From assembly GCA_965655095.1 (NCBI GenBank), contig OZ296659.1, forward strand, positions 33,790,001 to 33,854,000: a stretch of 64,000 nucleotides of DNA. The letters are read 5' to 3'. Every line of letters starts with the position of its first letter. Position 1 is the stretch's first letter. This document shows positions 38,300 to 51,519 of this stretch, one piece after another. Origin of the DNA: Haplodiscus bocki. Lineage: Eukaryota. Under the pieces are notes generated by a model that was given only the letters and a program-made list of their open reading frames with translations, had not been told where the DNA came from and ran no database searches. Made by a program: the position numbers and the translations under genes.

Positions 38300-41200
38300 T
38301 CGAGATTTTGTTTCTTGTATAGTTTAATGTGAGGGAAGAGCAAAGGCTCTTTAGGATAATATGAAACCAAATGAGTTAAATGTGTGTGAAATGTTTTTTC
38401 TTCTTGTGTCAAAAATTCGTACGTAATTTCCGTAGACATGTTTACAATTTTGGAATGACCATCACAAAGTTGTTTCAGTTTATCTGAAATTTGTAAAGTT
38501 TTGAAATTTCAGTGTAAGACAAATGAATCCAGTGGTAAAGGTTTATCATCTTGGGGTGAATTTTGCATCGTATAAGCTCGAGAATTGAAGTTTTTCAGTG
38601 TGTATTGGTAAAAATTTGAAAAATTTTGCAGCATTGCTTTTTCAAAAGCAAGAAACCAAGTAGAAATTAGCTTCAACATGATGCCATGAAACCACGGATT
38701 CCAATCAGTGAGTTGGTAATGAGAACAAGGTAGTAAACCGAAGTAGTATTGTGCAGTTTTTTCAAGATAAATTTTCCGAGAGAATTCAATTAGAAATTCA
38801 GTGAAAAACGCGTTTGCGTATGGAAAACGCTTTCGTATTGTGAAGTATGCAAACGTGACAATGGTTGAGTAATTTGAGTAATAAAGTGTACTTCAAGAGG
38901 TCAGATTTCAGGAGTATCATGAAGAAGCATTCGCTCATGGGTTTCAAGGTTTCAATTTGGCACTTCAACAAGTCCAATTGTGCAACGAGCGTGTGAAGTT
39001 CTTAGAAATTGTCGAACTTTGAACATAGTACGGCAAATTGCCATTTCAGAATTGACATTTTGAGTTCATCTATCTGTAATCAGATTTTGAGGTGGGCCAA
39101 ATTTTGATATCCGGTGGTGGCTTACTGAATTTACAGAGTGGTGAGTGTTAATTTTTAGAGTCGGTACAGTTACAAAGTAATTGCTAAAGTGCTCAACAAG
39201 TAAACAACCATAATTGTTTCCTCCAGAGCCAGGGTTTTTTATACCTTCGTATCCAAAACAGTGTTCTGGTTAAAAAGGGTTGTTATTCTCAAAAAGAGTG
39301 AAATTTTTTTTCTGTTTTGGATCATGTTCTTGTGTTTAATCATTTGACAATGAATACATTAATGAAGGAAAATTCATATCATTTTTTGCACAGTTGGAAT
39401 TTAATGATGCTGGCTAAAGTTATTTTGAGCAATTTGCAAACCCGCAAGAGATGTTTATTAACTTGGTCAAACAAAGAGTGAAACAGAGTCAGTGGTAAGC
39501 ATTAGCGAGAATTTTGTGCAGAAAGATTATCATCCGTATACTGTGGAAGTCTATCAATATTTTTCAGAAGTTGGTTGTTAGTAGTTATCAGTCCGGTATG
39601 TTCATCATCATACAGATTGGAAATTGGTCAATAGCAGTGCAATATGAAGGGACTTGCGGTGATGACAGATTTTTTAATCTCATGACGTGATTTCTTAATG
39701 ATTCGCTTAAATACAATGTTCAAAAAAGGGCCTGTTTCTTGATTTTCGAAAAATCATTTTATTTTTCGATGGAGTATCAGTTGGTAAAAAAAATTTCGAA
39801 CTTCAATATAAGTTTGAAAATAAATGGATCAAAGAATGAAATATTCATGATTGTTTTATTACAGATGGTTTCATGAAGAGTTTTCAGATGCGGACTTTCA
39901 TCTTTAAAATCATTCTATTTTCCAGAAGTAGATGGATTGTTAACGTATGGTAGATCAGGGTGAGAAATATCGCCATCTTGTGGTATCTTTTTTTCATTAG
40001 GCTCATGAGTATTAGTAATAATGGTAGCATTCAAATTTGCAGATTGTCGTAATGATGTTTTGGTAAACTTTTTGATTGGTTTTTCTGACTAATTTCGGAG
40101 AGGTTTCACAGCTTCAAAAAAATTGAACCCCGTGGTTTAAATATGATTTTCACTCCTCCTTTATTGATACGATTGGAAAAAAAATCCTTTCCAAAATCCA
40201 GTGAACTTGGATGGCAGTCCTCTTCTTGTGAAAGAAGTACAGTTTCATGTTCAACTAAATAAGGTACAGGTTTGATTTGTTTATCATGAGTCAGTGCTGC
40301 AAACTGAATTTGAGGAGATAAATTTTTGTGTTTTACTTGATTCATTTGCAGTTCTTTTCGAGTAAAAGAACACCTTAACATCTCAGTTACGTAAAGATTT
40401 TACTTCTTTCCGTATAAATAATACGAAGTTTATGAAGTTTGGTTACTTGCATTTTTTGCAATGTAGAAAAATAGAGAAAGGTTTTTTGTCTTGGTGAAAC
40501 AGCTAAGGATTGGTTTTGTGATCATTCAAAGTATCAACTAAATAATCAGAGCCAAAACTATCATGTTCACATACATTTAATGAATATACAATTCCGACAT
40601 TTTCACGATAGGTATAACAGAGTTTTTGCACAAAGACGGTAAAAAGACGAGAAAAGTATTAATAAAAAGCCAGTTTTCCTTTGTTATTCTATTAGAACAG
40701 GACACAGCCTATACCAATAAGGTGAAAATCTACATTGATAAAGAAGAGATGTTTTGTATTGGGTACCGTCAGAGTATCGTTTTTTTCAAAAGATGTTTTT
40801 ATTCGTTGAAACAGTGTTTCCAGTTTGTTATTTCAATAAATATTGACCTTATCAAAGAGCAAATCTTACAGAAGCTTTACAATGACATGAAATCTATCAA
40901 AAAAACAGAAGGGAATGTCTTTTAATCAATGAATCTCATCAGTTCCTTTTTTTGTAGTCAGAGAAGGACTTTCATGAAATTCAGCTATTTTAGATTGAAT
41001 TGGTTTAGTTGTTTTAAAACCAGTTTCGCGACTAAGATATTTTCCAGACACAAGCATCAAGAAGTTTTTTTTGGGAGCTGAGTTCAGACTTTTTTTAGCA
41101 CTATAACGAAGTTTTTTGATAAGTTTCGGCATATATGGTTCGGAATTTGTATGGCCCAAAAATCATCAAACTAAACCGGCGCAAATCTTTTTGGATCAGA

Positions 41201-41342
41201 TTTTTAATGGAAGTAGATACTTGTTGTATGAGAAAGTTTGGAAAACTTCAAGGCCGTTAATTCCGCTAATCAAGGCAATGGCTTTATCACCAGGTGAAAA
41301 TCCATTTAGTTTAATGGTTTGATCATCCAAGGTAGCATAAGC
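38300..41342 (-). pseudogene. pol: Gypsy pol remnant (RT, RNase H, integrase) of element A
   Basis: RT: AYATLDDQTIKLNGFSPGDKAIALISGINGL, and FAPV*FDDF (decayed YxDD, ~41165). RNase H: LTVPNTKHLFFINVDFHLIGIGCVLF...QKLCYTYRE...KPILSCF (40400-40800). Integrase: LDTK...VEHFSN...KFGPPQNLITD...NSEMA...GLVEV (38900-39260). The RT-RH-IN order is Gypsy-type. Confidence 0.9.
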
Positions 41343-41542
41343 NNNNNNNNNNNNNNNNNNNNNNNNNNNNNNNNNNNNNNNNNNNNNNNNNNNNNNNNNN
41401 NNNNNNNNNNNNNNNNNNNNNNNNNNNNNNNNNNNNNNNNNNNNNNNNNNNNNNNNNNNNNNNNNNNNNNNNNNNNNNNNNNNNNNNNNNNNNNNNNNNN
41501 NNNNNNNNNNNNNNNNNNNNNNNNNNNNNNNNNNNNNNNNNN
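41343..41542. other. Assembly gap (200 N, probably a placeholder size)
   Basis: Run of N. The sequence on the two sides is unrelated. Confidence 0.99.
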
Positions 41543-41772
41543 AAAAAGTCTAGTTGGGTTAACTGGAAATTAAAAAATATCCATCTTCAATTTTTATCCA
41601 GTAAAACTTTAAGGGTTGTTGATAATATAAAGCCTTTAAGAAGTAAAAATAAGACTCGTCCGTGTTTAGATAAAATTGAAGGTGGGAGATTATGAAAAAT
41701 ATTTTTGTTTACGTTATCTGTAAAGTTTATTTTGTTAGTATAAACATCATTTAAATTTGGTATTTCCATTTA

Positions 41773-43270
41773 TCATTTTAAAATAATTGGATTGTAAGAG
41801 TATTTTGTAATTAAAAGATGAGAACTAGTTTTATCTAATCCGTTTGTGAGATGTGGATTTTCCTCAATTATTCCATTTGAAAATATTTCAACCATTTGGA
41901 TTAGTTGTTTAAAATAAAATTCATAGGTGATAATTGTTATTGAACTAATAGGAATCGTTACGAGGAGCATTTCCACTACATGAGAAAACTTTTGGCATTT
42001 TTCCATCTCATCTGGTAGAATCTTTTTTGAACGACTTTTTCCCGTGTTGTATTTTTATTTAAGATTCTAAATTGGATGTTTTATCAACTGTTTTTAATTA
42101 AAAATAAGATGCAAGGAGAAAAAATACTCGAATATTTTTGTATTCAGGAAGAAAGTCTTGAAATATGCGATCTTTTTAAAAAAATCAGGTTTCCTATGCT
42201 TCCTTCCCATTCAATAAGGAAATGCTTACGGAGATGATTTCTTTTACCTGTAGTTTTATTAAATTTTTTACAGATCTCACAAAACCATTCCATTCAGATA
42301 TTTATGGAAATTTGATGTAAATATCGTTTTTTTATTATGTAGATGAAAGATATTAAGGAAGCTTTGCATATCATTATTGAATTTATTTTCCACGATCCTG
42401 CTATTGTCGAAGGAGTACATGATATAAACCAAGTGATGAAATGGGTTGATGAGAGTTTCTGGAAAATTTATGGGTAAAAAAGAAAAACCTTCATGGAGTT
42501 GTTTAATCTCACCAACGAAAGATTTTTAATGGTTATAGATGATCGAGTTGGAGTAGTAGTAACAAAAATTAGCTTAGATCGAACCTTGTAATTAATGTAA
42601 TGTAAATGATGAACTTGATCGCATCGATGCTGAAAATGAGGAAGACCTCGAAAATCGTAAATACATACAATTAAAACCTCTCAGCGTTGAAGTTAATTCC
42701 ATTTGATTGAATACATCTCCTCTATAAACTTGAAAATGGAATGTTAGAGTTTTTTTAATTGCGGGATGAGAACTATTTGTATCTAACGCGTTGATGAGAT
42801 TTGGATTCTCATCGATTATTCTGTTTAAAAGTCATTCAAACATTTGTATTGGTTTTTTAAATTCCATAAGTCTTGTTTCTATCAGGACCAACAGATTTAA
42901 TAGCCAATTCACTTATATGAGAAAATTTATATCCTTTTTGTTTAAAAAATTCAATCCAGTGTGAAGAAAAAAACACTTTTCTTAAAAGAAAAATTGATAA
43001 ATTATTTTGTAATTCAGCTTTCATGTGAGGAGTAATTTCTTTGTTAAAAACCAATAAAAAATCATTTTTAAGGAGATATAAATCGATTGTTTTATTTTGA
43101 TTAGTGTTAAATTAGTGAAATATTTCGTCTATGTCAATGAAATTAGGATTTTGAACAGTTTGTTTCATTTGTATGCATTTACTAAATTCAATGGTGAGTT
43201 AGAAATTGAGGAAATTTTCATAAGATTTGATATGAATTGTTTTGTGACATACATCACAGTAGTATTCCAT
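41773..43270 (-). pseudogene. Two tandem paralogous small CxxC zinc-finger-like ORF remnants, probably from a large DNA element (Polinton/Maverick-like)
   Basis: ATG at 43270: MEYYCDVCHKTIHIKS...FKQKGYKFSHISEL...NRIIDENPNLINALDTNSSHPAIKK. ATG at 42293: MEWFCEICKKFNKTTGKRNHLRKH...NGIIEENPHLTNGLDKTSSHLLITKYS. Intronless and very AT-rich. The element class is from recall; no pPolB or capsid gene is seen. Confidence 0.5.
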
Positions 43271-44509
43271 TTTTTGCACCTGATTATTTGAAAATATAAT
43301 TCTCAGAAACCATGTTTCTCAGAAATTGTAATTCTCGAAAACCAAACTTTTCAGAAATTCATCTTTTTTTTATTCAATGAACCACAAACAAAAACTTCAC
43401 TGAACAACATTCATTTGCAGCTTTTCTTCGAGGGAGCATTCCTGGTGAAGATCCCCATCGATCAATTGATATTTTACAATTTCGCGATATAGATAATTCC
43501 TCCTATAATAAACGCATATGTCAAATGATAGTGGGACGTTGGATAGTAGTGAACCACAAACACTACGACTACGCGAGCACTGGCTTAACCTTTGCTATAG
43601 GACATTACCGCTGTGATATATGAGGCAGAATGAAAGTAGAAAAACTAGCTTGTGTATATTTTTTTGGTGTGTGGTAGCGGTGATTTTTTCACTCTCGCTT
43701 AGACGTAAAAAACCTGCTTGTAATGTAATTTTCACCATCTCAATTCACATAAACGCAAAATTCTAGTCTTACCCATATTACTTACAGCTGAATTTTATAG
43801 TGGAGAAAAACGATTCGGTCAAAAAAAATTATTCATCGTTCCTGTGTACCCCCATTGTTACACATTAAAGAATAAATGAGTCATTCGTATAGCCGAATTT
43901 GGATGTGGTTTTGAGCATAGGACATGAACGTAGTGCGCCGCGGCGTCTGAGGTCAACAGCGACAATTATAACTACTTAGGTGGATAAACTAGAGGAACTT
44001 CTCCAGCAACTAGCATCAAATTAGCGAAGTTTTTTGCGAAGAGCATTAAGGACTTTCGGATCGGGAATACGCACGTCTTGGGGAAAACTTTCTCGAAACG
44101 GTTTTTCCTTCCTTTTTTCTACCAATTTCATTCTATCAGCCTTCCCATTGTTTTGATGCGTTCTGGATATGAAACTAGCTTGTGAAATAAAAGGCTCGGA
44201 CATTGATTGAAAATTTTCTGTAGTCGAAAACTCTAAAAAGTAACGGATAAGCGAGCTTTCACACAAGTATAGATTTAATACAAAAGTTTCTCAAATTTCT
44301 AAAAGTTCTAGCAATGACCACAGATGAGAAAGTTAGGGTCATGTATTGAATATTTTCGAGGAACTGTCTGACGATTTTGAAAAATCGGCGATGATTCAGC
44401 GATGAGTTTGATGGCGCCTGGCTAAATTCCTCGACAACCTCTAATTCGCTGTAAAATGGACAAGGATCGTTTCAAAATGTTGCTAATCGAGAAAGCACGA
44501 TGTTGTCAG

Positions 44510-45053
44510 GGTCCAATATGTTCTACACGATGCCCCCTGAACTCAACTGGGCCTGGTTGCAACAAAGTATGCCCATGCGAAAACAATGGGACGTGTCTAC
44601 CAGAGGAGGCCGGGTGTAACTGTACCTCAGGTTGGAATGGGGAGTTTTGTGCTGACCCCTGCGATGACTCATCCTGGGGTGCGAATTGTGCCAAACAATG
44701 TCCTGAATGCTTCAATTGGGGTGATTGTGATAGATTCACCGGCAAGTGCAGATGTTCATTGGGTTTCATTGGGGACAACTGTCAAAAACAGTGTCCTGTA
44801 GGGTTATGGGGTCATGGATGTTCGGAATCTTGCGATTGCGCATACAATATGAATTGCGACAATACAGATGGGAAGTGTCTTTGCAATGAGTTTCAGTCTG
44901 GTTCCAGATGTGAGGTTCTGGAATGTCCGGATAACAAATATGGTCCAGATTGTCTTCAGACGTGTGCATGTCAGAATGACGCAATTTGTGGAGCCGTTAA
45001 CGGATCTTGCACGTGTACTCAGCCGGGGTTCGATGGGAGGTTCTGCAGTAACG
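44510..45053 (+). CDS. MEGF10-like: Exon of the MEGF10-like receptor: about four laminin-type EGF-like repeats
   Basis: Acceptor tgttgtcag| (44509, phase 0) and donor G|gttagc (45054). Encodes GPICSTRCPLNSTGPGCNKVCPCENNGTC...CPVGLWGHGCSESCDC...CEVLECPDNKYGPDC...GFDGRFCSN. This has the CPxGxWGxxC pattern and the one-residue-longer CExxxCP spacing seen in MEGF10-family proteins. Confidence 0.93.
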
Positions 45054-46661
45054 GTTAGCAGCAAAGTATTGATGCTTAAAACCCTACTGTGATACGTTCT
45101 TACTTAAAAAGTACAAAACTGGCAGTAGCTCTTGAAACAAAAGCATGTCGCGGACATCTCATTTTTAGGTTTCTTCTGAGCAAATGCAGAAATGACGTGG
45201 AACCATTTCAATACTCTGTTTTTTTTTCATTCCATTAATTGCAAATGCAGGTTTCCCTTGTCGAAGCTAAATGCAGGGTTTGAGAAGATTTTTGCTGTAG
45301 CATACACTTTCAACAAAACTTTGGAAAATGCACTAAAATTTTAAATACGCTGCAGAATGACTGCAGCATGGAAGTTTTTAGAGAAGTTTTCGATTTACTT
45401 TGCAAAAAATTCTATGCATGCTTTTTGAAACATACAGAACTCTGCAAGTTTCTGGTTTTAGTTTTCGCAATTTTTTTGGAAAAAATCAATTGAAAAATTA
45501 TTTTCATTTTTTTTTAAATTTTCTATGCAATTTAGAAAATTTTCCATGCATGTTATTCATTATTACATGCCATCAGAAATTGAGTTGTGGTTATTATTTA
45601 TTCATCTCACGGACTTTTCTGTTATGAGTTCGAGAAACATTCATGTCTGGGAAGATACTATTAATATGTGAAAATATGGCTTTTGAAAAAAAAATTGAAA
45701 ACGAATTTTCATGATTTCATCGGATTATATACGAAAAAAGAATGATTCAATTGTCCAAGAGAAAGAAGTACTAGTCTATTGTTCGGTAAAAAGAAGATAG
45801 CCGAGAAATATCAACTGCCCAATAATGTGAGTTGAAAGCTTTTTTTTGGGGCGGATAGATTGTGAATAGGATCACAAAGACTCAGTGCTTGCTCATTTCG
45901 ACGAATTGGTCAATAGATTAAAGAGACTCGACTTGCATTGGGTTTTCTTTTAAAATTTTGAATGTAAAGTTCATGGAATATTTTGTGGAATTCTTGGATG
46001 TTTTTTCGAAAATTCTGTAACATGTTTTGAAAAATTTTGAAAAACCTTTGCAGTTTTGGAAAATTTTACATGTTGCAGCGATGTTTAGTAAAAATTTTCG
46101 ATGCATGCTCTCCGAATTTTCCATGTTTCGCCAAACATTTTGCCTGCACGCATCAATGCCACATGGAAAACTTCCATGTTTTTTCGAAGAGGGTCGGATA
46201 AAAATTTTGGAAATTTTTATCAATTCTAAAGCTTTCTGCGGAAATTTTTTTTATTGATTTCAATCAAAAATTCACTGAATGCTAACAATATATGGAAGCG
46301 TTTAAGTGGAGCTGATTCTGATTCAAGCATTTTCTTTCTCTTCGCCAGATAAGATTAACTAGAAGTGACAAAAACCGCCAAAACTATTCATTTGATCCAT
46401 TTTGATGATAGCTTTTCTTTTGAAGTATCCATTCTTATTCGTTCATCTTAGGCTCAATCCCAAGAAAAACATATTAAGATTTATTGAAGTGGATCATTTT
46501 TTTGAAAATTGGTTTCGTTTTCCAGAAATGATGGTCCAGCCATTGCTATGAAGGCATGTGAATCAACTTCTTCCATTTTTCAAAATGGTTTTCCCTTCAA
46601 CAACCAATAATTTCATTTCATCAACGGCCTAACTGAAAGCTAATTGTTTTAATTTCTTACG

Positions 46662-46921
46662 TGTGTTTAGTTAATTCTCTAGAAGGTCTATTTTGTTTTT
46701 ACCAGAAATAAAACTAAGATTTTGAATTGACCCTTGCTGTTTTGCGTACGCCAATATTTCTCCAGAAAAGCAACTAGTCTCTACTTGGATTAAACTTCAA
46801 CTCTAATTCAATATCTCTTTCACAAACATCTAGAGAAGATGAAAACTGAGAATACATACACAACCTAATCTTGTCCAATAAGATTTCAGGAACGGCTTCT
46901 CTAAATTAGGAATGTATTACA
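46662..46921 (-). repeat. Candidate 3' LTR of element B (~260 bp)
   Basis: Begins tgtgt and ends tattaca. Shares tctctacttggatta(a/t)acttcaa with 26204-26226. Confidence 0.5.
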
Positions 46922-49900
46922 TTCAACGTTGCTTTAGAATTAAAATTTTGTTTTCAGAGCATGTTCATAAAAAGTTTAGCACATTTCAGTGGGGTTTCAG
47001 TTTTGAATTTTATCTTCAATTTGTCGAAATCTTTTGTTCTGAGTAAAGTCTCTCAGTTCTTGGAATGTTTATTTTTGTAAAATCTTTTCTTTCTCCAGGA
47101 AATCTCAGTAGGTAGGTTTAGTTTTCCGATTAAACCTTAACGGTTTGACCTTTCATTAGGTACGAATGATCATAAATTGTCAATCGCAAATGACTGATTT
47201 CAGTTCATTGGTCTTTTCAACCTCGTTCGAAAAAATTCAGAGTTCAAAATAAATTTTGAGGGGTTTTGACATACGTGGTTCTTCTTTTGTTCTGTTGTTC
47301 ATTTAAATGAGATATTTTGAACCAACAACTTAACGGGTCTTTTCGTTGACGTACTGTGAACTAGTTACAGGTCAGTTCACATGTTTGACATACTTTGGCC
47401 TGCTAGGGTGGTCATCAAAGGTGAAAAAGGTAACCAGCATTTCATCGTGGGAGCCAGTTCACACCTATGATTCGACAAGGGGGCACAAGGAACGATTCAG
47501 TCTGAATCCTTGAATTCTTTACAAAAACAGCAGTTTTTCACACTTTCAGTTCATTCAAAGCAGAATTTCTTTGATTTCTTGGAGTTTTTTGGTCATTTTA
47601 CTCTTTTTTTGTTCAATGTTTTCGTTGCCCAAGAAAATTGAAAAAAAAATGGAGCAGGTCTGGAAATAAAGCGAATAATTTCGAATAGTTGAGACCAAAA
47701 GAAAGTGAAAACTCTTGGGATCCTCAGTGTTTTTAATAGTATCTCAGGAAACGGGTTGAAAAAAAGTGCTCAACCAAATCGGATGAGCTTCAGAAAATTG
47801 GTTCCTAAAAAATATGTTGTCGGATGCCAGAGAGTACCTTAGAGAAGTTTTCAGTGTAAATGTTTTCTGGACATATTAATTATCATGCATAAAATACGAA
47901 AACGGAAGGAATGCTGAGACAAGTTAGTATGGGGGGATTTTAATTATGCAAAGCACATGAAATTACAAGGGTAGCACTGGGTGAAGTTTGAGCGTTGGGT
48001 AATTAAAATGAGTACAAGAGAAATTATGTCATAATTACATAAAGAAGTTGTCCTTATTATAAGTCAGACAAAACAGTTAATACGAATTTCAAAATCAGGT
48101 GAAAAGAGTCCAAATTGAGATGAGCCAATTTTCGAAGTATAATTGTTCGTCAATCTAGCTGTTGAGAAGCAGCAATTTGAGTGACCAAATTGTGTAGCGA
48201 ATATTGACCAGGGTGCAGACCTTTTTTTAATAGGCAGCTTTTGGGCATTTGGAGAGTGGAAAGAGAATCTGGGTGCAGCGTAGTCATCTATTGGGCAGTA
48301 TCCACAGTTAAGCAAAATTCAATGCGGGTTTGGAAACATCAAAACATAAACAATGACACTAAAATCTAATTCCAATTGAAATTGATGTTTTCACTAAGGG
48401 CGGTTCACTTGCAGTCAGAATGTTATCAACAGAGTTGAAAGCGCAGAACCATGGCCAGAGAGCCAGAAAGCCGGAAAACCGGAGAGCCAGATTGCCAGAA
48501 AGCCAGAAATCCAGAGAGCCAGAAATGCTGTGAGTCAGAGAGACAAAAAAAAAGAAAGCCAGAAACGCAGACAACCGGAACGCTTGCGAGCCAGATAGTC
48601 AGAAATTACTCTCGAGAGAAGAGGGGTAAAAAAACTTTTTTTCAGAATTACAGAGGTGTTTATGATATTAAATAAAGTTTAGATTCTTCAAAAATATGAA
48701 TAACAATTTCAGTATCGAGGAGTTTTTTGGAGAATAGATATAAAAAGATTAGTTTTCGGATTCATTCTGCTTTTCCGAGACAAGTTAACAAAACACTGAG
48801 CCAAGAAGTTTTAGCAGGTTTCTTTTCTGGTGGAGGATGTCAATGAGGTGGTAAAATTATAGTTTGAGACTGAGTTTGACCATCTAGGTATGTAAGATTT
48901 TCTCAATATTCTAGAAAAATCTTGATGTGGATGGAATGCAGTTTGAGATGAAAGATAGTCAGCATATGCATAAGTACCATGAACCTCGGTGAGCAATGTA
49001 TCAGAAGAACATCCATCAACGTCATCAAACTTCTGGAAAATATGTGCGTAAAAAACTTGCAGATTTCCAAAATTTTTCAGGGTTACTAAAACATCTGTGA
49101 GGTGTTGACAAATCTTGTTCTGGAGACACTCCAGAACTTGACGATGTATCAAATTCAGTTGCGCTGAATACAAAGAAATTCCTTTCTTATTTCAGTGTCA
49201 CAATGGTCAATGGAGATGTTCAGTGGGTTGTTTTGATATATCAGCTGTATCAACAGAGTGGCAGGGAGAGGATCAGATCAGGGTCAACATAATCATTGAA
49301 TTGATGTAACAAAAACTGGAAAAGTTGTGCGTGACAACGATAGAAACTCGTAGCCTTGAAGCATTTCTCGTCACAACCTTCGGGCATTACCTTCAGTGTT
49401 TGGAGAGCTTTTGTGAAAAGTACTCAAAGTGCACCTACGTGGACTTGTCTCCCGAATTTCACAGTTCCTTTGGGTTGATTGTGGCAACCAGGCAAAATTG
49501 TAAACGTCACTATCAGTCCGATATGAGATGAGAGTTTCTGAACATAAAAGTGATATAAGTTCCAGAATTTTTTTTCTATTTTTTGGGAGTGTTTAGTGGT
49601 GCGAATTAAAATTAATCAGAAATGAGAAATTTTAAGTTATTCAAAGGAAAATTCCACAGTGAGATAAGGTTTTTCAGAGTTAAAAAATCATAGATTTACT
49701 TCCAAAACTGTATTTAAGGAATTTTTCATATTGAGAAAACATTAAGTTATGACAGCAGATTGCAATTCACCTGAACAGTGTCGCATCGTTTTCAGACCCA
49801 ACTGCAGATTCGTATAGGAAAAACATATCCCTGGAAATCATTTTTAAAAGAATCTCAATATCAGACACTTCTGAGTTATTAGTTCTGTACTGTTCAATCA

Positions 49901-51519
49901 ATTCTCGAACTTGCTTAAGTGATCAAACATTTTTTTGAAATACAGTGGATTGATCAAAATTGATATGTTCCATTTCAAGATTAATTTTCTCATAATTTTT
50001 TGCAGATTACATGTGTGTACCCTGAGCATAAAACTTAAATTTTGAAGTGGTTTGTGAAGTGGGTCGATATTGTTTTTTCGTAATTAAAAATGTCGATTGT
50101 TCAGTCGAAAGTTCTACTTCACTAGTAATGCAAGGTCCATAAGCAATAACAAAACATGTTTTCAGGGCTTTGTCATTCATTGGATGATGAAAGACTTTTG
50201 ACGAGTGTGGATATGGATGGTGAACTTTGGTTGGAATGAAATCTGGATCGACATAAACAAAATCAGTAGAAATGAAGCCTTCTTGCGGAATGATCCAATG
50301 TGTAATAAGAAATTCCTCAGTGACTCAATTTTATATGAAGGTTTCAGAATACAGAACATAAGAAGTGGAAAATGATATGTAATAATTCTAGTTTGAAAGA
50401 CAAAACTTCTTTTATCTGGGAGAAGGATTATCCCAAAAACGTTCATATGTGTCATGATGGACAAGTTTTTGGTTAACAGGTTGAAAATTTAGATTTGATT
50501 CACCAGTATGTAGAACAATGCAGTTCAACAGTATGTATATCCATCATGTAAGTACAGATTGGCATAAAAAACTCACTTGCAGAGTGAAGATTTTTCGAAT
50601 GTCGGAAGTCCAGTACTCATGTGGAGCTAATATAAGAGACGCATACGAGACAAAAAATATTGATCATTGTATCGATTTGGATATAAATGAATTTTATACG
50701 GTGTTGAAACCAAAAACAGGGAAATTAATTGAGGTTAAAATTGAAACTTATCAGTGGACAGTTGAGATGTTAAAGTATCATTTCGATGTCAACCAGGTTT
50801 TTGTTATGTCTTCAAATATAACTTTTGAGGTTAACAAGTCAGGGTCATTCAAAATTTTGAACTTCCTTTCTGGAGATTTTGAAGACACAGGATCACAATT
50901 TTTTGGAGGATTTTTGATGAATCGATTCAACCATTTGATGGAGGAGTACCAGATGCTTCTTGACTTTCCATTCCATCGTTCAGGAACATTTCCTATTTTT
51001 AGTATATCTATGGGTTTATTAAGAATAATCAGAAAATTAACTTTCAAATGATACATTTTTTTATTCAATTGGTACAGTGCTTAACAGAAATTGGGAAACA
51101 AATTCAGCGGAAGGAAGAGAAATTTCTAATGTTTTTTCCTTGAGACTCTTATTGACAATTTGTACTTTTACTTACGAGTGGAAGAGGAGACACGAGTTTT
51201 GTCGCGTGGGTGAGATTCCGTCTGATCAGTTGTATTTGACGATTGAATTGGAGGAGGAAAATCTGAAAGTACATGATCAATGATGCAGAACATTGTTAAA
51301 AAGAATTGCAGAGCGTTTTGCAGAAGACAAACAACATTGAAATTTTTGCATATTTAAAGAATATTTCAGTGCTGAAAAGTTATGATATGTTTCAGAGCTC
51401 TGAAGAAGATCTCGTGGTGAATATGAACATAGAAAGAGTGAAAAATTTCAGAATTTCAGAGAAACAGAGTTTTTATCATCTCATTCGAAAATTATGAACA
51501 ATATAAATTGTAGTGTTAA

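Larger units (their letters stand above)
26089..41342 (-). mobile_element. Giant env-bearing Ty3/Gypsy retroelement, copy A (degenerate; 5' part with gag lost in the gap)
   Basis: From right to left: RT, RNase H, integrase, unknown ORF, glycoprotein with TM, accessory ORFs, CCAGAAA array, candidate LTR. Colinear homology with 46662-61191. Many stops and frameshifts. Confidence 0.85.

Noticed and set aside
41319-41573. ORF spanning the N run
   Set aside because: Artefact of translating the gap.
44456-44509. ATG-initiated N-terminus MDKDRFKMLLIEKARCCQ of the 200-aa ORF
   Set aside because: It has no signal peptide and no EGF pattern. It is intron sequence read through upstream of the cag acceptor at 44509.
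44520-44530. Direct splice of 26048 to ...tctacac|gatgc, which would give a neat CES-R-CPLNS join
   Set aside because: It would need a GT-AC intron. A canonical AG exists at 44509, and the GPICST residues upstream fit the EGF pattern.
44506-45092. Several overlapping ORFs on both strands
   Set aside because: These are shadow frames of the GC-richer EGF exon.
45255-46194. Possible MITE with CCCT...AGGG ends and catg-rich subterminal repeats
   Set aside because: The terminal match is only ~9/11 bp and there is no TSD. It is probably an old DNA element, but the boundaries cannot be supported.
50518-51051. 177-aa + strand ORF (copies or homologues at 61381 and 32708)
   Set aside because: It lies antisense within the retroelement accessory region, is broken at different places in the homologues and has no recognisable domain. 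It is most likely an antisense shadow, though a codon-level test would be needed to exclude it fully.
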